A DNA stretch of 64,000 nt from a virus. Lineage: Duplodnaviria > Caudoviricetes. Made by a program: the position numbers and the translations under genes. Location of the stretch: positions 1,844 through 65,843 of the IMG/VR virus record IMGVR_UViG_3300024348_000028; one strand, given 5' to 3'. This document shows, piece by piece, positions 38,709-49,679 of this stretch; within the stretch, counting starts at the first letter, position 1, and the number at the start of each line of letters is the position of its first letter. The notes under the pieces were generated by a model, which saw only the letters and a list, made by a program, of their open reading frames with translations, made no database searches and was not told the origin of the DNA.

Positions 38709-41700
38709 TTATGAAGCGGTCATGTACGTTATGTTAAAAGTTAACCAAGTAGTAGTATTTGCAAGCATTTGAGCAAATGTTGCAGATGCTAGTCCTGTTT
38801 GTAAAGTAGTAAAACGAAGTCTTCCATTTGTATCTATTTTTAACATAACAGTACCATAATTATTCGCAACACCAGAAAATACAACTCCAGCAGCCAAACC
38901 AACAACCATTTGTACTGGTGCTGGTAAACCCAATAACTGGTATTCGGATTCCGAAAATGTTTTAGCGACGCTTGCTCTTACAGCACCGCTTAATGTTATA
39001 AATCTTCCTTGTTTTATATATCTAGTTTGTGGAAAATTAGTTGTATCGTATTGTTCATATCCCGTATTAAATCTAAAACCAGTAGTAGCTGATGCAGCTT
39101 GAGCTGAAACTGATGTTTCTGAATAAGCTAATGGGACTTCCCCATACAGCGGTGGGTTGGCAAATACAACTACACCACTAGAGTTAATAGTCATATCTGC
39201 GGTAGTACCACCAGAAGCATCATAATCACCACGGAATTGTAAAGTACCAGTACTTTGAATTACATCTGTTTCAACTGTTGGAGATATTAGTTTCTTTGCA
39301 GATCCTATAGTAACATTGTCATTAAATGTGGTTGCTGCATTAAATGTGTTTGCTGTATTAAATGAATTTTGATTACTAGTGTTTGTTACAAAATTTGCTA
39401 TAGGAGTACTACCAGCATAATTTAATGTATAATTACTAGTACTTGTAATAGCGTCGGTGAATGCCCATCCTGATGACCAAATAGCATCTGTTGTACTAGC
39501 ATAACCAATATAAATACTAGATAAATTAATTCTAGGATAAGACCAAACTGTTGTTGTTTCTCCAAGAAGAATTACTGGTTTATTAGTTGTTGTGTTATAA
39601 CCAAGTCTAACTACATTAAATGGACATTTTCCTGTAATTTCAACACCACTACTATGCCATTGTGTAGCAGATGCGTAATGATAGGCACTAATTTTTACTT
39701 GCCAAGATGCTGATGGATCATAATTAGCTCCATCAATAGTAATATTTAGCATTGTGTTAATGTTAGCATTACTTGCATTTTGCCAGTTTGTTGTTGGAAG
39801 GGCTATTTCTACTATTCCAGTTTTATTTCCCGATAAATAGCCATAGTTAGCAACATCTCTATAATGAATAGTATTAACTGATGCGGTTTGAGTAACAAGT
39901 GGTTTATTATAGATATGTAAACCATTTAATGGACTGTTAGTATTAATACCAATATTACCAGCAGAATCAATACGCATTCGTTCTGTCATGCTACTAGCTG
40001 TAGATCCATTTGGTGTTGTATTAAAAGCAAGAGCTGTTCCATTAGCAGTAGTAGACCAATTTTCAGTAGTTACAATATCCATACCACCAGTTTGTGCGGT
40101 AAAAGCACTTCCATTATAACCAAGACCGCGAATAGAGCCAAGTAAATTACCACTTACAACTGCTGTTGGGCTTGCTTTTGAACCTTTTGCTCTAAAAGAT
40201 CTAATAGCATTTCCAGCATCAGTATCGCCATAGTGATATAGACCAATAGCAGAATCTGTTCCTGCTGTTACTGTTTCTAGTTTTAAACCGTTTGGAAACG
40301 ATGCATTAGTAACTTTTGTACTAGAGCCTATTACTACAGTACTGGTGGGTGTAAAAGCTATTGTTGGATCTGTTGGTACACTTTGGTTATCAGCATTAAC
40401 ACTAGCAATAGTAGAAATATTTAAACCACCAGTGTTATCGCTTTTTAAAACAGCACCAGCTAAACCAAATGTTCTATATGTATTGTTGTTTGTGCCAGCA
40501 CCACAGTTAAAAGCAATAAAAGGAGCACCACTTTGTACTTCAGCCCCAATTACTGAGCCATAACCAGCAGCATTGCTGTGACCAAACTCATATTGATTTC
40601 CGGGTTGTCTTGTACCAATTTGTGGTGAGTATTGTGGACTTAAGTTTGCTACTTGTAGTTTTGCTACTGGACTTGTAGTACCAATACCAACATTTCCAGA
40701 AGAATCAATACGCATTCGTTCTGTATTACTAGTACCAAGCAGCAAAGAAGACGCTTCTCCCTGCATTAAATACGCTGCTCCACCAGCATCAACTCGCAAC
40801 TGCAAACCATCTTCTATAGAGCTTCCTGTTGTAGAATTAGTCAACTGAATACGAGCGGTTGCTGCTGATGCAAGATGCGTGTGCAACAAATTTGATGTGC
40901 TGTTTGTTCCAATACCAACATTACCAGTAGAATCAATCCGCATTCGCTCTGTGTCATTTGTTCCAAAACGCATGTAACCATTTTCTGCATTCCAAATCAC
41001 CGTATTGGTACTATCAAGTGAAAACAAAAAACCATCCGTTGAAGATGATCCGCTGGTGCTATTTGCTAATTGGAAAGTAGGTGCAGTTGAATCGAAAATT
41101 GAAAGCGTGCGAGTCGTTGGAGTCATCCCGATGCCAACGCGCCCAGAAGAATCAATAGTAACTTTTTCTGTAACTCCAATACGAATTTTAAAATCGCTTG
41201 CTCTTAAGTCCATTGTATCATAGGTACTATCAGATCTATTATAACTTTGAAGAACTGTGCTACCTGCGCCATTTCCGGGTACAATTTCTAAACCTTCTGA
41301 ACCAGCATTTGAAACAACAAGTTTGTGTTGTGGGCTTGTAGTACCAATACCAACACGATTATTAGTAGCATCAACAAATAATGTATTTGTGTCTACAGTC
41401 AGATTACTACTTAGTGTCATAGCACCGCTAAATGTTTTATTTCCAGCAACGGTTTCATTACCAGAAAGACCAACATAATTAGCTAAGGTTGTAGTGCTAA
41501 CTTGATTCCAAGCACTTCCATCATAAATCTTAAAAGAAGTATTTGCAGAATCATACCAAATAGAACCAGCAATTGGGTTTGTTGGGGAACTAGAACCATA
41601 TGTTGCTGTAGCTCTTCCGGTAAGGTTTCCATATTGGTCGATTGCATTTACTTCAGTATTACTTGAATTTTTAAATGCAATGATTTTTTGTGTTGAAGCA

Positions 41701-42932
41701 CCCTTGAAGGTTGGTACTGTTGCAGAATCTGCGTTAACAGTAAATGTACCAGTCAAGCTTAATACTGATGTTGTGTTACCAGTTAGATTAAGAACACCAG
41801 TTTGCGTTATATTACCAGTTTGTGATAGATTTCCAGCTAATGTTAGTACTGTTGGGCTAGTGCCGCTAGGAGTAATTGTAAAGTTTGCTGTGCTATCTTT
41901 AGTTCCATTAGCACCAGCATATACAATTCTACCCTGAGCGTGACCATTAAAGATGGTGTTTGTACTGGTCGTTACTGCATTAGTTACATAATCATCAATA
42001 GCGTTTACTGCTGTAATGATATCAGAACCATTAGCAACAATAGTACCAGTTACAGTACCAGCACCAACTTTTGTCTGTAGTGCTGAGATATTACTTGTTT
42101 GTGTTGTGTTGGTAGACTCTACAGAGGTTACTCTAGATTCTACAGAAGTTGTTCTTGTGTCTAAACCATTTACGGCTGCTGATAGGTTAGATGCTGAATA
42201 TGTTCCAGTAAGACTGGTAGATGGACTTACTCTTGTATTTAGTGTATTAATGCTAGATGTTTGTGATGTATTTAATGATTCAATAGCATCAAGTCTACCG
42301 TTTTGTGTTGTATTCATATCAACAGCTGATGTAATTTGGTTTTGTAAATTTGTATCAGCTGTGTCAATATAGGATTTAACAGTAGTTGAAATAGCACCAA
42401 TTCTTCCTTCAACCCAACTTCTTGTTGACCACTTGTAACCAAAGTTATAATCTAGGTCTGTAGCGGTAACAAACTCATAATTCATTCTATCAAGAATTTC
42501 TTGAACAACGCTTATTAATTGAGATGTTTGAAGATTTAATTGGCTAGCGGTAAGTCTAGTACCATCAACCCAATTAACTAATGATTCACTGGTAATGCTC
42601 TTTCTTCTTATAGCAATAACAGCACCATTTGTAATTGCTGGTACTGCAACAATTGTTCCACCAACAGTAGTGTATGATGGAAGGCTTGCTGAGAAAGCAG
42701 TAATCTTTTTACCTGTTTCGTCAACGGTATAATTAGCAGCAGGAACTACATAAATTTTTCTAAAATCTTCTTGTGTTAAAACAGTTCCGCTTGGTGCAGT
42801 AAAAACTCTTTCAACTTCTAGTTGATCTTTATGAGAAATTCCTGTTATAGTTGGTATTTGTGAGTAAGATAAACCTGTTGATGAATCCCAAGTTCCACTT
42901 ACATTAGTTTTTAATAAAGCATTAGTAGGCAT
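38709..42932 (-). CDS. tail fibre protein (T7 gp17-like N-terminal anchor)
   Basis: IRRKS..LVNWVDGTRLTASQLN anchor, coiled coil, repeated ERMRIDS.GNVGIGT units. Confidence 0.88.
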   Translation of the reverse strand: MPTNALLKTNVSGTWDSSTGLSYSQIPTITGISHKDQLEVERVFTAPSGTVLTQEDFRKIYVVPAANYTVDETGKKITAFSASLPSYTTVGGTIVAVPAITNGAVIAIRRKSITSESLVNWVDGTRLTASQLNLQTSQLISVVQEILDRMNYEFVTATDLDYNFGYKWSTRSWVEGRIGAISTTVKSYIDTADTNLQNQITSAVDMNTTQNGRLDAIESLNTSQTSSINTLNTRVSPSTSLTGTYSASNLSAAVNGLDTRTTSVESRVTSVESTNTTQTSNISALQTKVGAGTVTGTIVANGSDIITAVNAIDDYVTNAVTTSTNTIFNGHAQGRIVYAGANGTKDSTANFTITPSGTSPTVLTLAGNLSQTGNITQTGVLNLTGNTTSVLSLTGTFTVNADSATVPTFKGASTQKIIAFKNSSNTEVNAIDQYGNLTGRATATYGSSSPTNPIAGSIWYDSANTSFKIYDGSAWNQVSTTTLANYVGLSGNETVAGNKTFSGAMTLSSNLTVDTNTLFVDATNNRVGIGTTSPQHKLVVSNAGSEGLEIVPGNGAGSTVLQSYNRSDSTYDTMDLRASDFKIRIGVTEKVTIDSSGRVGIGMTPTTRTLSIFDSTAPTFQLANSTSGSSSTDGFLFSLDSTNTVIWNAENGYMRFGTNDTERMRIDSTGNVGIGTNSTSNLLHTHLASAATARIQLTNSTTGSSIEDGLQLRVDAGGAAYLMQGEASSLLLGTSNTERMRIDSSGNVGIGTTSPVAKLQVANLSPQYSPQIGTRQPGNQYEFGHSNAAGYGSVIGAEVQSGAPFIAFNCGAGTNNNTYRTFGLAGAVLKSDNTGGLNISTIASVNADNQSVPTDPTIAFTPTSTVVIGSSTKVTNASFPNGLKLETVTAGTDSAIGLYHYGDTDAGNAIRSFRAKGSKASPTAVVSGNLLGSIRGLGYNGSAFTAQTGGMDIVTTENWSTTANGTALAFNTTPNGSTASSMTERMRIDSAGNIGINTNSPLNGLHIYNKPLVTQTASVNTIHYRDVANYGYLSGNKTGIVEIALPTTNWQNASNANINTMLNITIDGANYDPSASWQVKISAYHYASATQWHSSGVEITGKCPFNVVRLGYNTTTNKPVILLGETTTVWSYPRINLSSIYIGYASTTDAIWSSGWAFTDAITSTSNYTLNYAGSTPIANFVTNTSNQNSFNTANTFNAATTFNDNVTIGSAKKLISPTVETDVIQSTGTLQFRGDYDASGGTTADMTINSSGVVVFANPPLYGEVPLAYSETSVSAQAASATTGFRFNTGYEQYDTTNFPQTRYIKQGRFITLSGAVRASVAKTFSESEYQLLGLPAPVQMVVGLAAGVVFSGVANNYGTVMLKIDTNGRLRFTTLQTGLASATFAQMLANTTTWLTFNITYMTAS

Positions 42933-42947
42933 TTATTTAGGCTCCTA

Positions 42948-45900
42948 TTAGGTATTTAAGGAAGTATATGTTTGAGTAAACTTACCTTTAAGTTCCATGT
43001 TAATTATATTTACTGGTGTTGGATAATCAGAAACTATTTGAATTCTTGTTGTATCAGAGAATCCAAATACTTTTGCAACAAACTCTCCACTCTTTTCTGT
43101 ATTCTCAATACTAAGAGTATCTAAGTTATTGTTAGTTACCAAAGCAGAGAATTTAGATTGAATAACAGACTTTCCTCTTCTTGTTGCAATAATATCATAA
43201 TTACCAGTATCGGCGTGTCTTAATGCAAGTGTTTTTAGATTTAGAACACCATCAATAACATTGTTATTTTGATCTCTTACAAACTGTGTACTTAGTTCTA
43301 CATTCATAGTAAACTTAGTACCAATATATAATCTAGCTTGGTTAACTGCATAATTACCATTTACAGTAAAGATGTAACCAATTCCATTAGCATTAGCTAC
43401 ATAATCTGGTTTAATAACAGTATATTTTCTTTCTCCCCATCTTGAGTCACTAGGGTCTGTTATTAACAGAACTTTACTTGGATCAAAGGAGTAGGGGAAT
43501 ACAATATTAAATCTTGTTTCGTTAGTAGATGTGTTATAAGAACAGTTAGAGTTTACATATAGATTCATTAAAGAATAATTATCTAACTTTGGAATTCCCT
43601 TATCTTGTTTTTGTAGATAAGTTCTTTGAATATAGTATTCATATTTTGAACCATCTTGGGATTTCTTTTTAATAACTACATGTAAATAGTTATCATATAC
43701 TTGACTAGATTCAATTTCATTTCCTGTTTCTAGAATATATCTATAAAAAGCATTTTGTAATACTTTATCACCAGAGAATCTGTTAGTATATAGATATAGA
43801 TAGTTTGGATTATCATCATCTACGGTTACAATAGTATTTTGAGCGGGGCATGAACAAGTTGCTCTATAGTTTGTTGGTAGATAGTCACCACAATGACTTG
43901 AGATTTCTTGAGCTGTGCTCAAAGATGATCCCTGTTGTGTCATATACATATACAATCTACGCTTATCAAAGAAGTAAATTAATGAACCCATTAAAATTGG
44001 CTCTGTTAATTTAGCTGTAGCATAGAAAGATGTGGGAGCAATCTGTGCGGTAAGGGGTGTAATTTGATTTTCAGAACCCCTCAATTCAAACTGAATGTCA
44101 CCCTTAGTATTAACAAATAAGAAATCACTAAAGGGAGTAATAGATGAAATTTCAGCATATGTTTTAGAAGATGCTCTAATATCTATTGGATCTGATGACA
44201 CAATGTTACTAGGATCTGCTAAGAATAGGTCTTCATAAATACCTAATTGAGTTGAAAAGATAACATCTTCGGCAGCAAAATAAAGTCTATCTCTAAATGT
44301 TGAAATAGCATTTATTTTGACTTGTCTTGCTGTTTTTTTATCAGCTGATAAGAATACACTTGGTCCGGGATTAGAATATCTATTACCAGTTGTTTTGGGT
44401 TCCCATGCAATTGGAGCAAATACCCAGTCACTATTTATGCCTGTTGGTGCTTCATTAAATGTAAGCTTTTGTGGCATTCTTCGCTCATCAATAACAGAGT
44501 ATAAATCTGGAGAACGAACCTTTTGTGTATAGGGTCTACCTTTACCGTTTATTCTATTAGAGCCGTCTTTATAAGAGATAGATTCTGGAAAATTAACAAT
44601 TCTATAATAACCAGAAGTTTGACTTAAGTATGGTCCTGCTGTATAATAAATTTTACCTCTACCATTAAGTGCGTTTTGTGATTGTAGTGGATGATCAGCA
44701 TCATATAATGCAGCAAGCATTGTTTTTGCTGAATCATCAACAGTATACGCACCAACAAAGTTTCCGTTATTTGCGTATACCTCAGTTGCTTCTGGTGGGA
44801 ATCTAATTTCACTAAAGTCTGCGAAAGACTGCCCAAGCCAAGGTTGTGTTGAGTCCTTGTAGATAAAGTCTTCTACTGGAACAAAGACACCCCATAAAAT
44901 AGCCCACGATGTGTTGGCTACTGTATCTGCTGCAAGAGTTGGGCTAATGTAATTAACATCTACAGTCATACACTCGTAACCAATGTTTTTTGCTGTTGCA
45001 TCTGCTGTAGTTTTTGCTTTTAAGGTAGCACTTACAAAATTAACTTTAACAGTAAGAGTTGTACCCGATGCTGCTGTAATAGTGCCAGTAAAATAGTTAT
45101 CAGCATCAATCCAAACAAGAACATTTTGATTAACTGCAATTTGTGATGGAATAGCGGCAGAAGTTGTTAAAGAAATAGAACTATTTAAAAGAGCGTTTCC
45201 AGTAATAGATGTTGATGTTGTTTGTTTAAATGCTGCTGGTGTATCTGCAAACTTTAGCGTATTAGCGTCACTATTAAAGATAGCAGTTACTGTTCCGGTT
45301 AAATACTTTGAGTTTGTGGCTGAATTACTAGCAGAAGAATTATAAAACAATACTGTTTGATTTAATATTGAAGTATCTGGAATAACAGTAGCACATGTAA
45401 AGGGATCTGGAACAGCATTTCCTGTTATAGAAATTGTAGCAGTACTTGAAGATGCGTTTGTTTCAAGGCTTCCTGTTGTTCCTGATACTCTACTAGATGT
45501 ATAATAAGTTACTTTTTTACCTTTAGTATCTGGTAAGGAACTATCTTCAGCACCATTTAATGTAAATAAAAACCCATTATCACTAGAGGTAAATCCAGCT
45601 TTAACTAAAGTATTTAATACAATAATACTAGAACCAACAGTAGTTGCTTTTAGAATATCTCTTGCTTTATAAGAATTACTACTACCATAAGTAATATATG
45701 CTCTAGTTGAAGTAGAAACAATAGCTGTTCCTTGTTCGTTTGTTGCCGTTGTTGGTGTGATATCTTCCCAAGTATTTGCATTAATTTTAAATACATAGAA
45801 TAAAACTGAATTAGCAACACTAGCTTTATAATCAATACCAATTAAAAATCTATTATTTTCATTAATAGTAAACCAATACCACCAGAAATCTTTATTAGCG

Positions 45901-46172
45901 TCTTGCGCTAGGTTTTCAACACATCTAAATAAATCTAAACGATTTGAATCAGCGGTTGAGTTATTTCCTGTAAAAGTAATCTGTGGAAGAATTTCAAATC
46001 CGGGTCTTTTTTCAAAAGATCTTTCTAATGATAATAAGGCATTATCCATAACTTCTGCTTCTAACGGAAGTCTTTTGCTTGGTGCTTGTGTTGATACACC
46101 ACTAGATAAACTTAAAATAGGAATTCTAGTACTAGCCTTGGCTCCGGGTGGTCTTCTTTTCATTGGGGGCAT
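42948..46172 (-). CDS. tail tubular protein B / nozzle (gp12-like) with insertion
   Basis: GVSTQAP..R, KRPG, FRDRL, DPID motifs; follows tubular A. Confidence 0.85.
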   Translation of the reverse strand: MPPMKRRPPGAKASTRIPILSLSSGVSTQAPSKRLPLEAEVMDNALLSLERSFEKRPGFEILPQITFTGNNSTADSNRLDLFRCVENLAQDANKDFWWYWFTINENNRFLIGIDYKASVANSVLFYVFKINANTWEDITPTTATNEQGTAIVSTSTRAYITYGSSNSYKARDILKATTVGSSIIVLNTLVKAGFTSSDNGFLFTLNGAEDSSLPDTKGKKVTYYTSSRVSGTTGSLETNASSSTATISITGNAVPDPFTCATVIPDTSILNQTVLFYNSSASNSATNSKYLTGTVTAIFNSDANTLKFADTPAAFKQTTSTSITGNALLNSSISLTTSAAIPSQIAVNQNVLVWIDADNYFTGTITAASGTTLTVKVNFVSATLKAKTTADATAKNIGYECMTVDVNYISPTLAADTVANTSWAILWGVFVPVEDFIYKDSTQPWLGQSFADFSEIRFPPEATEVYANNGNFVGAYTVDDSAKTMLAALYDADHPLQSQNALNGRGKIYYTAGPYLSQTSGYYRIVNFPESISYKDGSNRINGKGRPYTQKVRSPDLYSVIDERRMPQKLTFNEAPTGINSDWVFAPIAWEPKTTGNRYSNPGPSVFLSADKKTARQVKINAISTFRDRLYFAAEDVIFSTQLGIYEDLFLADPSNIVSSDPIDIRASSKTYAEISSITPFSDFLFVNTKGDIQFELRGSENQITPLTAQIAPTSFYATAKLTEPILMGSLIYFFDKRRLYMYMTQQGSSLSTAQEISSHCGDYLPTNYRATCSCPAQNTIVTVDDDNPNYLYLYTNRFSGDKVLQNAFYRYILETGNEIESSQVYDNYLHVVIKKKSQDGSKYEYYIQRTYLQKQDKGIPKLDNYSLMNLYVNSNCSYNTSTNETRFNIVFPYSFDPSKVLLITDPSDSRWGERKYTVIKPDYVANANGIGYIFTVNGNYAVNQARLYIGTKFTMNVELSTQFVRDQNNNVIDGVLNLKTLALRHADTGNYDIIATRRGKSVIQSKFSALVTNNNLDTLSIENTEKSGEFVAKVFGFSDTTRIQIVSDYPTPVNIINMELKGKFTQTYTSLNT

Positions 46173-46840
46173 TATCTATTTCCTCTCCAGTAACGGTATC
46201 TTGATGGATCATAAGTATAAGGATTTCTGAATACAGCACCACGAACATTTGCATCTCCACTTTGGAAGATGTTTCTTTTCTTATCGTTAATGTCAGATGC
46301 TCTACCTTTTAAATGAAACATTTGTTCATTATATTCAAGGTATCTATCAGCTTCTCCATCGCCTTGAGTAATGATTTGATATTGTCTCATAGCACTAGCC
46401 ATAATAGCTCTTTGAACTGGAGTGTCAAGATGTTCCCATCTTAGTTTTTTAATTACTTCAACATAGTAATCACCACTAATCCAAATATCTGTTTCATCTG
46501 TATAGTTATATAGTCTTGGCGGACTATCACTAAATAGTTTAGCTGTTATTTGAATACCATCAGTATTTAAATGCCATGATATTAGTTCTGCTGAAATAAT
46601 ACCCTCTTCATCAGAGTCAGCGGAATCAAAGATAATTTTACCAGATGAGTCTGGATTAAACTTTCGTACTAGTTTATTATTAGCTAGACCTCTCATTTGC
46701 ATGTCTAGACTTGCTTGTTCAAGAATTGTCTCAGCAATTCCAGTATCAATACCTGAGTTGTTATTTAGGTCGGCTACTAGAGATTCGCCAGCCGTTAATA
46801 ACATTTGATTAATTGCTTGTAGCTTTGTTATAAAACCCAT
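46172..46840 (-). CDS. tail tubular protein A / adaptor (gp11-like)
   Basis: TKLQAINQML..AGES.V motif; follows capsid. Confidence 0.88.
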   Translation of the reverse strand: MGFITKLQAINQMLLTAGESLVADLNNNSGIDTGIAETILEQASLDMQMRGLANNKLVRKFNPDSSGKIIFDSADSDEEGIISAELISWHLNTDGIQITAKLFSDSPPRLYNYTDETDIWISGDYYVEVIKKLRWEHLDTPVQRAIMASAMRQYQIITQGDGEADRYLEYNEQMFHLKGRASDINDKKRNIFQSGDANVRGAVFRNPYTYDPSRYRYWRGNR

Positions 46841-46851
46841 ATAGCCTCCTT

Positions 46852-46900
46852 AAAAAAGAAAAAATAAACCACCCGACTCCCATTTAAGGGAGCCGGGGGT
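46852..46900 (-). terminator. T-phi-like terminator after the capsid gene
   Basis: ACCCCCGGCTCCC-TTAAAT-GGGAGTCGGGTGGT then TTATTTTTTCTTTTTT. Confidence 0.8.
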
Positions 46901-46970
46901 AGATGTAAGATCACCTCCTGTCAAACATGTTTAAACAAATAAACGATATTAACAGTAAGATTAATCATTA

Positions 46971-48290
46971 TCAGGCAGTTACTTTGTATTCTGCGCTGAA
47001 ACCGTTAGTTAGGTTGTCAGTTTTAGCAGTGCCAGTTACGCCCCAACCGTTAAGGTGGTTGCGTAGACCTTCACGACCAGTTGCAACTATTGGAGTACCG
47101 CCAGTTGGGGTAGTACCAGAGATTAGAGCCTTGCATAGTTCTGGACGAATAATACCAGTACCCTTCATCATGCTAGCTACGGTGAACTGAGTATTTCGAC
47201 GGACATCCTGTACGGTGTCAACCTTCATACCCTGTAGTGATAGACCAGCTACTGCTTCGGTCTGGAATAGGAATCCATAAACGCTGAATGCACTAAAACC
47301 AGTACCGTTAGCACTATCAAATGCAGTAGAAGCAAAGTTAAGATTGTACTTGCTTGAACCGATTTGAGTGGTTGCGGAAGCTGCTAGATTGGTCTTTGGA
47401 ATGTGATTGCTCTTAACAATCTTTACGCCCATATAATCTAGTGCATCGCCCATCATGTTCATACCAGAGCCAATACCCATACCAGCGTTATAATCGTCGC
47501 TGGCGGTGAATAGTGGAGTACTTGCATAAGTACCGTTTCCGTATGCAGTAATTGCAGTAGAACTCTTTGGAATACCAAGAGAACGGATTAGCTGGAATAC
47601 CTTTGGTGTTACTACGCAATAAACATTACCAACAGGTAAGTCGTTTTCTTGGCAGGCAACAAGGTAATTTTCAATTTCTTTTAGAATAGCTAAACATTCG
47701 GTTTCAGATACTGAATCGCTTGTTTTAACTGAAGTTGAAATTATACCGGGAGCTTGGAAAGCATTGCTAGTAAAATCACTGCCGCGTGGATCGCTAGCTA
47801 GAGAATCTACTGCACAGGCTGCAAGTAGAGATACTGCTAGTTGTCTATCGCGGGTATTAGCAAGTTGTAGACCAGCTTGACGAGCTAGCTCGCTGCGGTA
47901 ATCCCATTGGGTTACTAGAAGATCTACATTGTCGCATTCAAAGTGAGCGGCCATTGGACGCTTATCAAGATTTACCTTGAAAGTTGTGCTGGTAGCATCA
48001 CCACCAATTAGTTCTTCGCCTGCATCCCAAGATGGATTTAGGGCGATAGTACCAGTAACTGGGAATTCGTAAGAATAACCACCAGTTAGTGACTTGGTAG
48101 TAATCATGTTTTCAAACATGTTGTATTGATCGTAAGCGTGAATTACTTCACCACTCCATAGTGGTAGCCATAGCTTGTTAGCACCAGCTGCGCCACCATT
48201 TGGTGCGCCGCTAACATCGTTTTGTGAATCACGCATTACTAGTGCATCGTAACCTAAATTACCTGATCCTGTTGAATTGGCTTGTGCCAT
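46971..48290 (-). CDS. major capsid protein (gp10-like)
   Basis: LWLPLWSGEV..AY, FPVTG, DYRSELARQAG.QLA..RDR, KSNHIP, GIIRPELC. Confidence 0.92.
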   Translation of the reverse strand: MAQANSTGSGNLGYDALVMRDSQNDVSGAPNGGAAGANKLWLPLWSGEVIHAYDQYNMFENMITTKSLTGGYSYEFPVTGTIALNPSWDAGEELIGGDATSTTFKVNLDKRPMAAHFECDNVDLLVTQWDYRSELARQAGLQLANTRDRQLAVSLLAACAVDSLASDPRGSDFTSNAFQAPGIISTSVKTSDSVSETECLAILKEIENYLVACQENDLPVGNVYCVVTPKVFQLIRSLGIPKSSTAITAYGNGTYASTPLFTASDDYNAGMGIGSGMNMMGDALDYMGVKIVKSNHIPKTNLAASATTQIGSSKYNLNFASTAFDSANGTGFSAFSVYGFLFQTEAVAGLSLQGMKVDTVQDVRRNTQFTVASMMKGTGIIRPELCKALISGTTPTGGTPIVATGREGLRNHLNGWGVTGTAKTDNLTNGFSAEYKVTA

Positions 48291-48458
48291 AGTTAAAGTC
48301 TCCTTATTAGTTTAAGTTAATTAGTAATTAATAAAATAGAACAAGTGACAAATCTTAAACTAACATTAAAACCGATTTTTCCAAAAGGAGTCTCTTTAAT
48401 GTTTGTTTTGTTATATTGACATCCATTACCATAAGGGGGATTTTCTTTATAACTAAAC

Positions 48459-49433
48459 TTAGTTTGGAAGACGGGTAATATCCGTCATCATTATGCGCTG
48501 TTCTACGGCCTGACGGAATTTGGTATCATTCCCATATCTTGGGTTGCCTCTGTCAGCATAGAATTCGCGCTTTGTCTTATAGGGTTGAAGTGCCTGCTTT
48601 GTTGAGGCCACATTGACCTGCTTTTTATTAGCTGGCATTTCCTTACCCTTAGCTGTATTTACGGTAGCTTTTTCATACTTAGCTTGCAGACCAAGTAATG
48701 CAATTTCCCAACTTGGGCTAGCTAGGTTTGCATTAATTTCTGCTTGCTGTTGAGCACTCATTGTTTTTGCAGCCCATACAAAAAGAGATGAAAGCTTTTC
48801 TTTTCCACCGACAACATCAGCAGCCTTACCAAAGGCTTCTCGGGATCTTGCTCGTTGTCCCTCTACATAATCTCCAATCATTCTATCAGTAAATCCAGTC
48901 TTAGTTTTAATTTCTGAAACTGTTTCATCAGATAGTTTATTACTAACAGCAACTTCCATAGACCACTTAGACCAATCTTCTTCAGAAATAACAGATGATG
49001 TTGGCTTTACTGTTTCTTCTTGTTTTTTGATTTCTGGAATTCTAAGTTCTTCTGGAATTTTTTCAATTTGTGGTTCTGGATCTACTTGAGAATTTGAACC
49101 TTCTGAGACTGGCTCTGTATAATTAGGATTTACAGCACCAGTTTTTTCATATGTTTTCTTAAGATCAGAAATTTCTTGTCTTGCTTTAGTATATTCTTTT
49201 TGGGCATTCTTTAGTGAATCAAACCAAGAATTACTATCCTTAAAGTTTTTTGGAATTTCAAGACCTTGGTTTTTAACATATGCTTCAAATGCAACACGCT
49301 CTCTTGCAACTTGAACATCTTCTGGACTAGAGACTAGAGATTTTTCAACCTTGTTAGCTTGAACATCAGCCTCAGCTACTGCTGGTGGTTGTTGATATTC
49401 AAATTGTTGAGTCTCATTTGTTTCTTCTGTCAT
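48459..49433 (-). CDS. capsid scaffolding protein (gp9-like)
   Basis: acidic; VVGGKE....WA, PRYG.D..FR..VEQR C-terminus; precedes capsid. Confidence 0.85.
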   Translation of the reverse strand: MTEETNETQQFEYQQPPAVAEADVQANKVEKSLVSSPEDVQVARERVAFEAYVKNQGLEIPKNFKDSNSWFDSLKNAQKEYTKARQEISDLKKTYEKTGAVNPNYTEPVSEGSNSQVDPEPQIEKIPEELRIPEIKKQEETVKPTSSVISEEDWSKWSMEVAVSNKLSDETVSEIKTKTGFTDRMIGDYVEGQRARSREAFGKAADVVGGKEKLSSLFVWAAKTMSAQQQAEINANLASPSWEIALLGLQAKYEKATVNTAKGKEMPANKKQVNVASTKQALQPYKTKREFYADRGNPRYGNDTKFRQAVEQRIMMTDITRLPN

Positions 49434-49442
49434 ACATGCTCC

Positions 49443-49679
49443 TTAGTTATTGTCTTTACGACGATTTGTGCGTCGGGGTACTACTCTAAGATTTCTTAGA
49501 CTATTAGTACCACCTTTAGATAACGCCTTCTTGTGATCGACATCTTTGCCATCACCCTTACGAACACGGCCTTGTTTTTCTAATTTACGGCGAGCCGTTA
49601 CTCTTAGAGATCTGCGCTTACGATAAGCAGCAGTACCGTGATATTTAGCATATTCTTTTTTATAGTTTCTTTTAATCAT
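49443..49679 (-). CDS. small HNH endonuclease
   Basis: KGDGKDVDHKKALSKGGTN...NLRV....NR. Confidence 0.85.
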   Translation of the reverse strand: MIKRNYKKEYAKYHGTAAYRKRRSLRVTARRKLEKQGRVRKGDGKDVDHKKALSKGGTNSLRNLRVVPRRTNRRKDNN

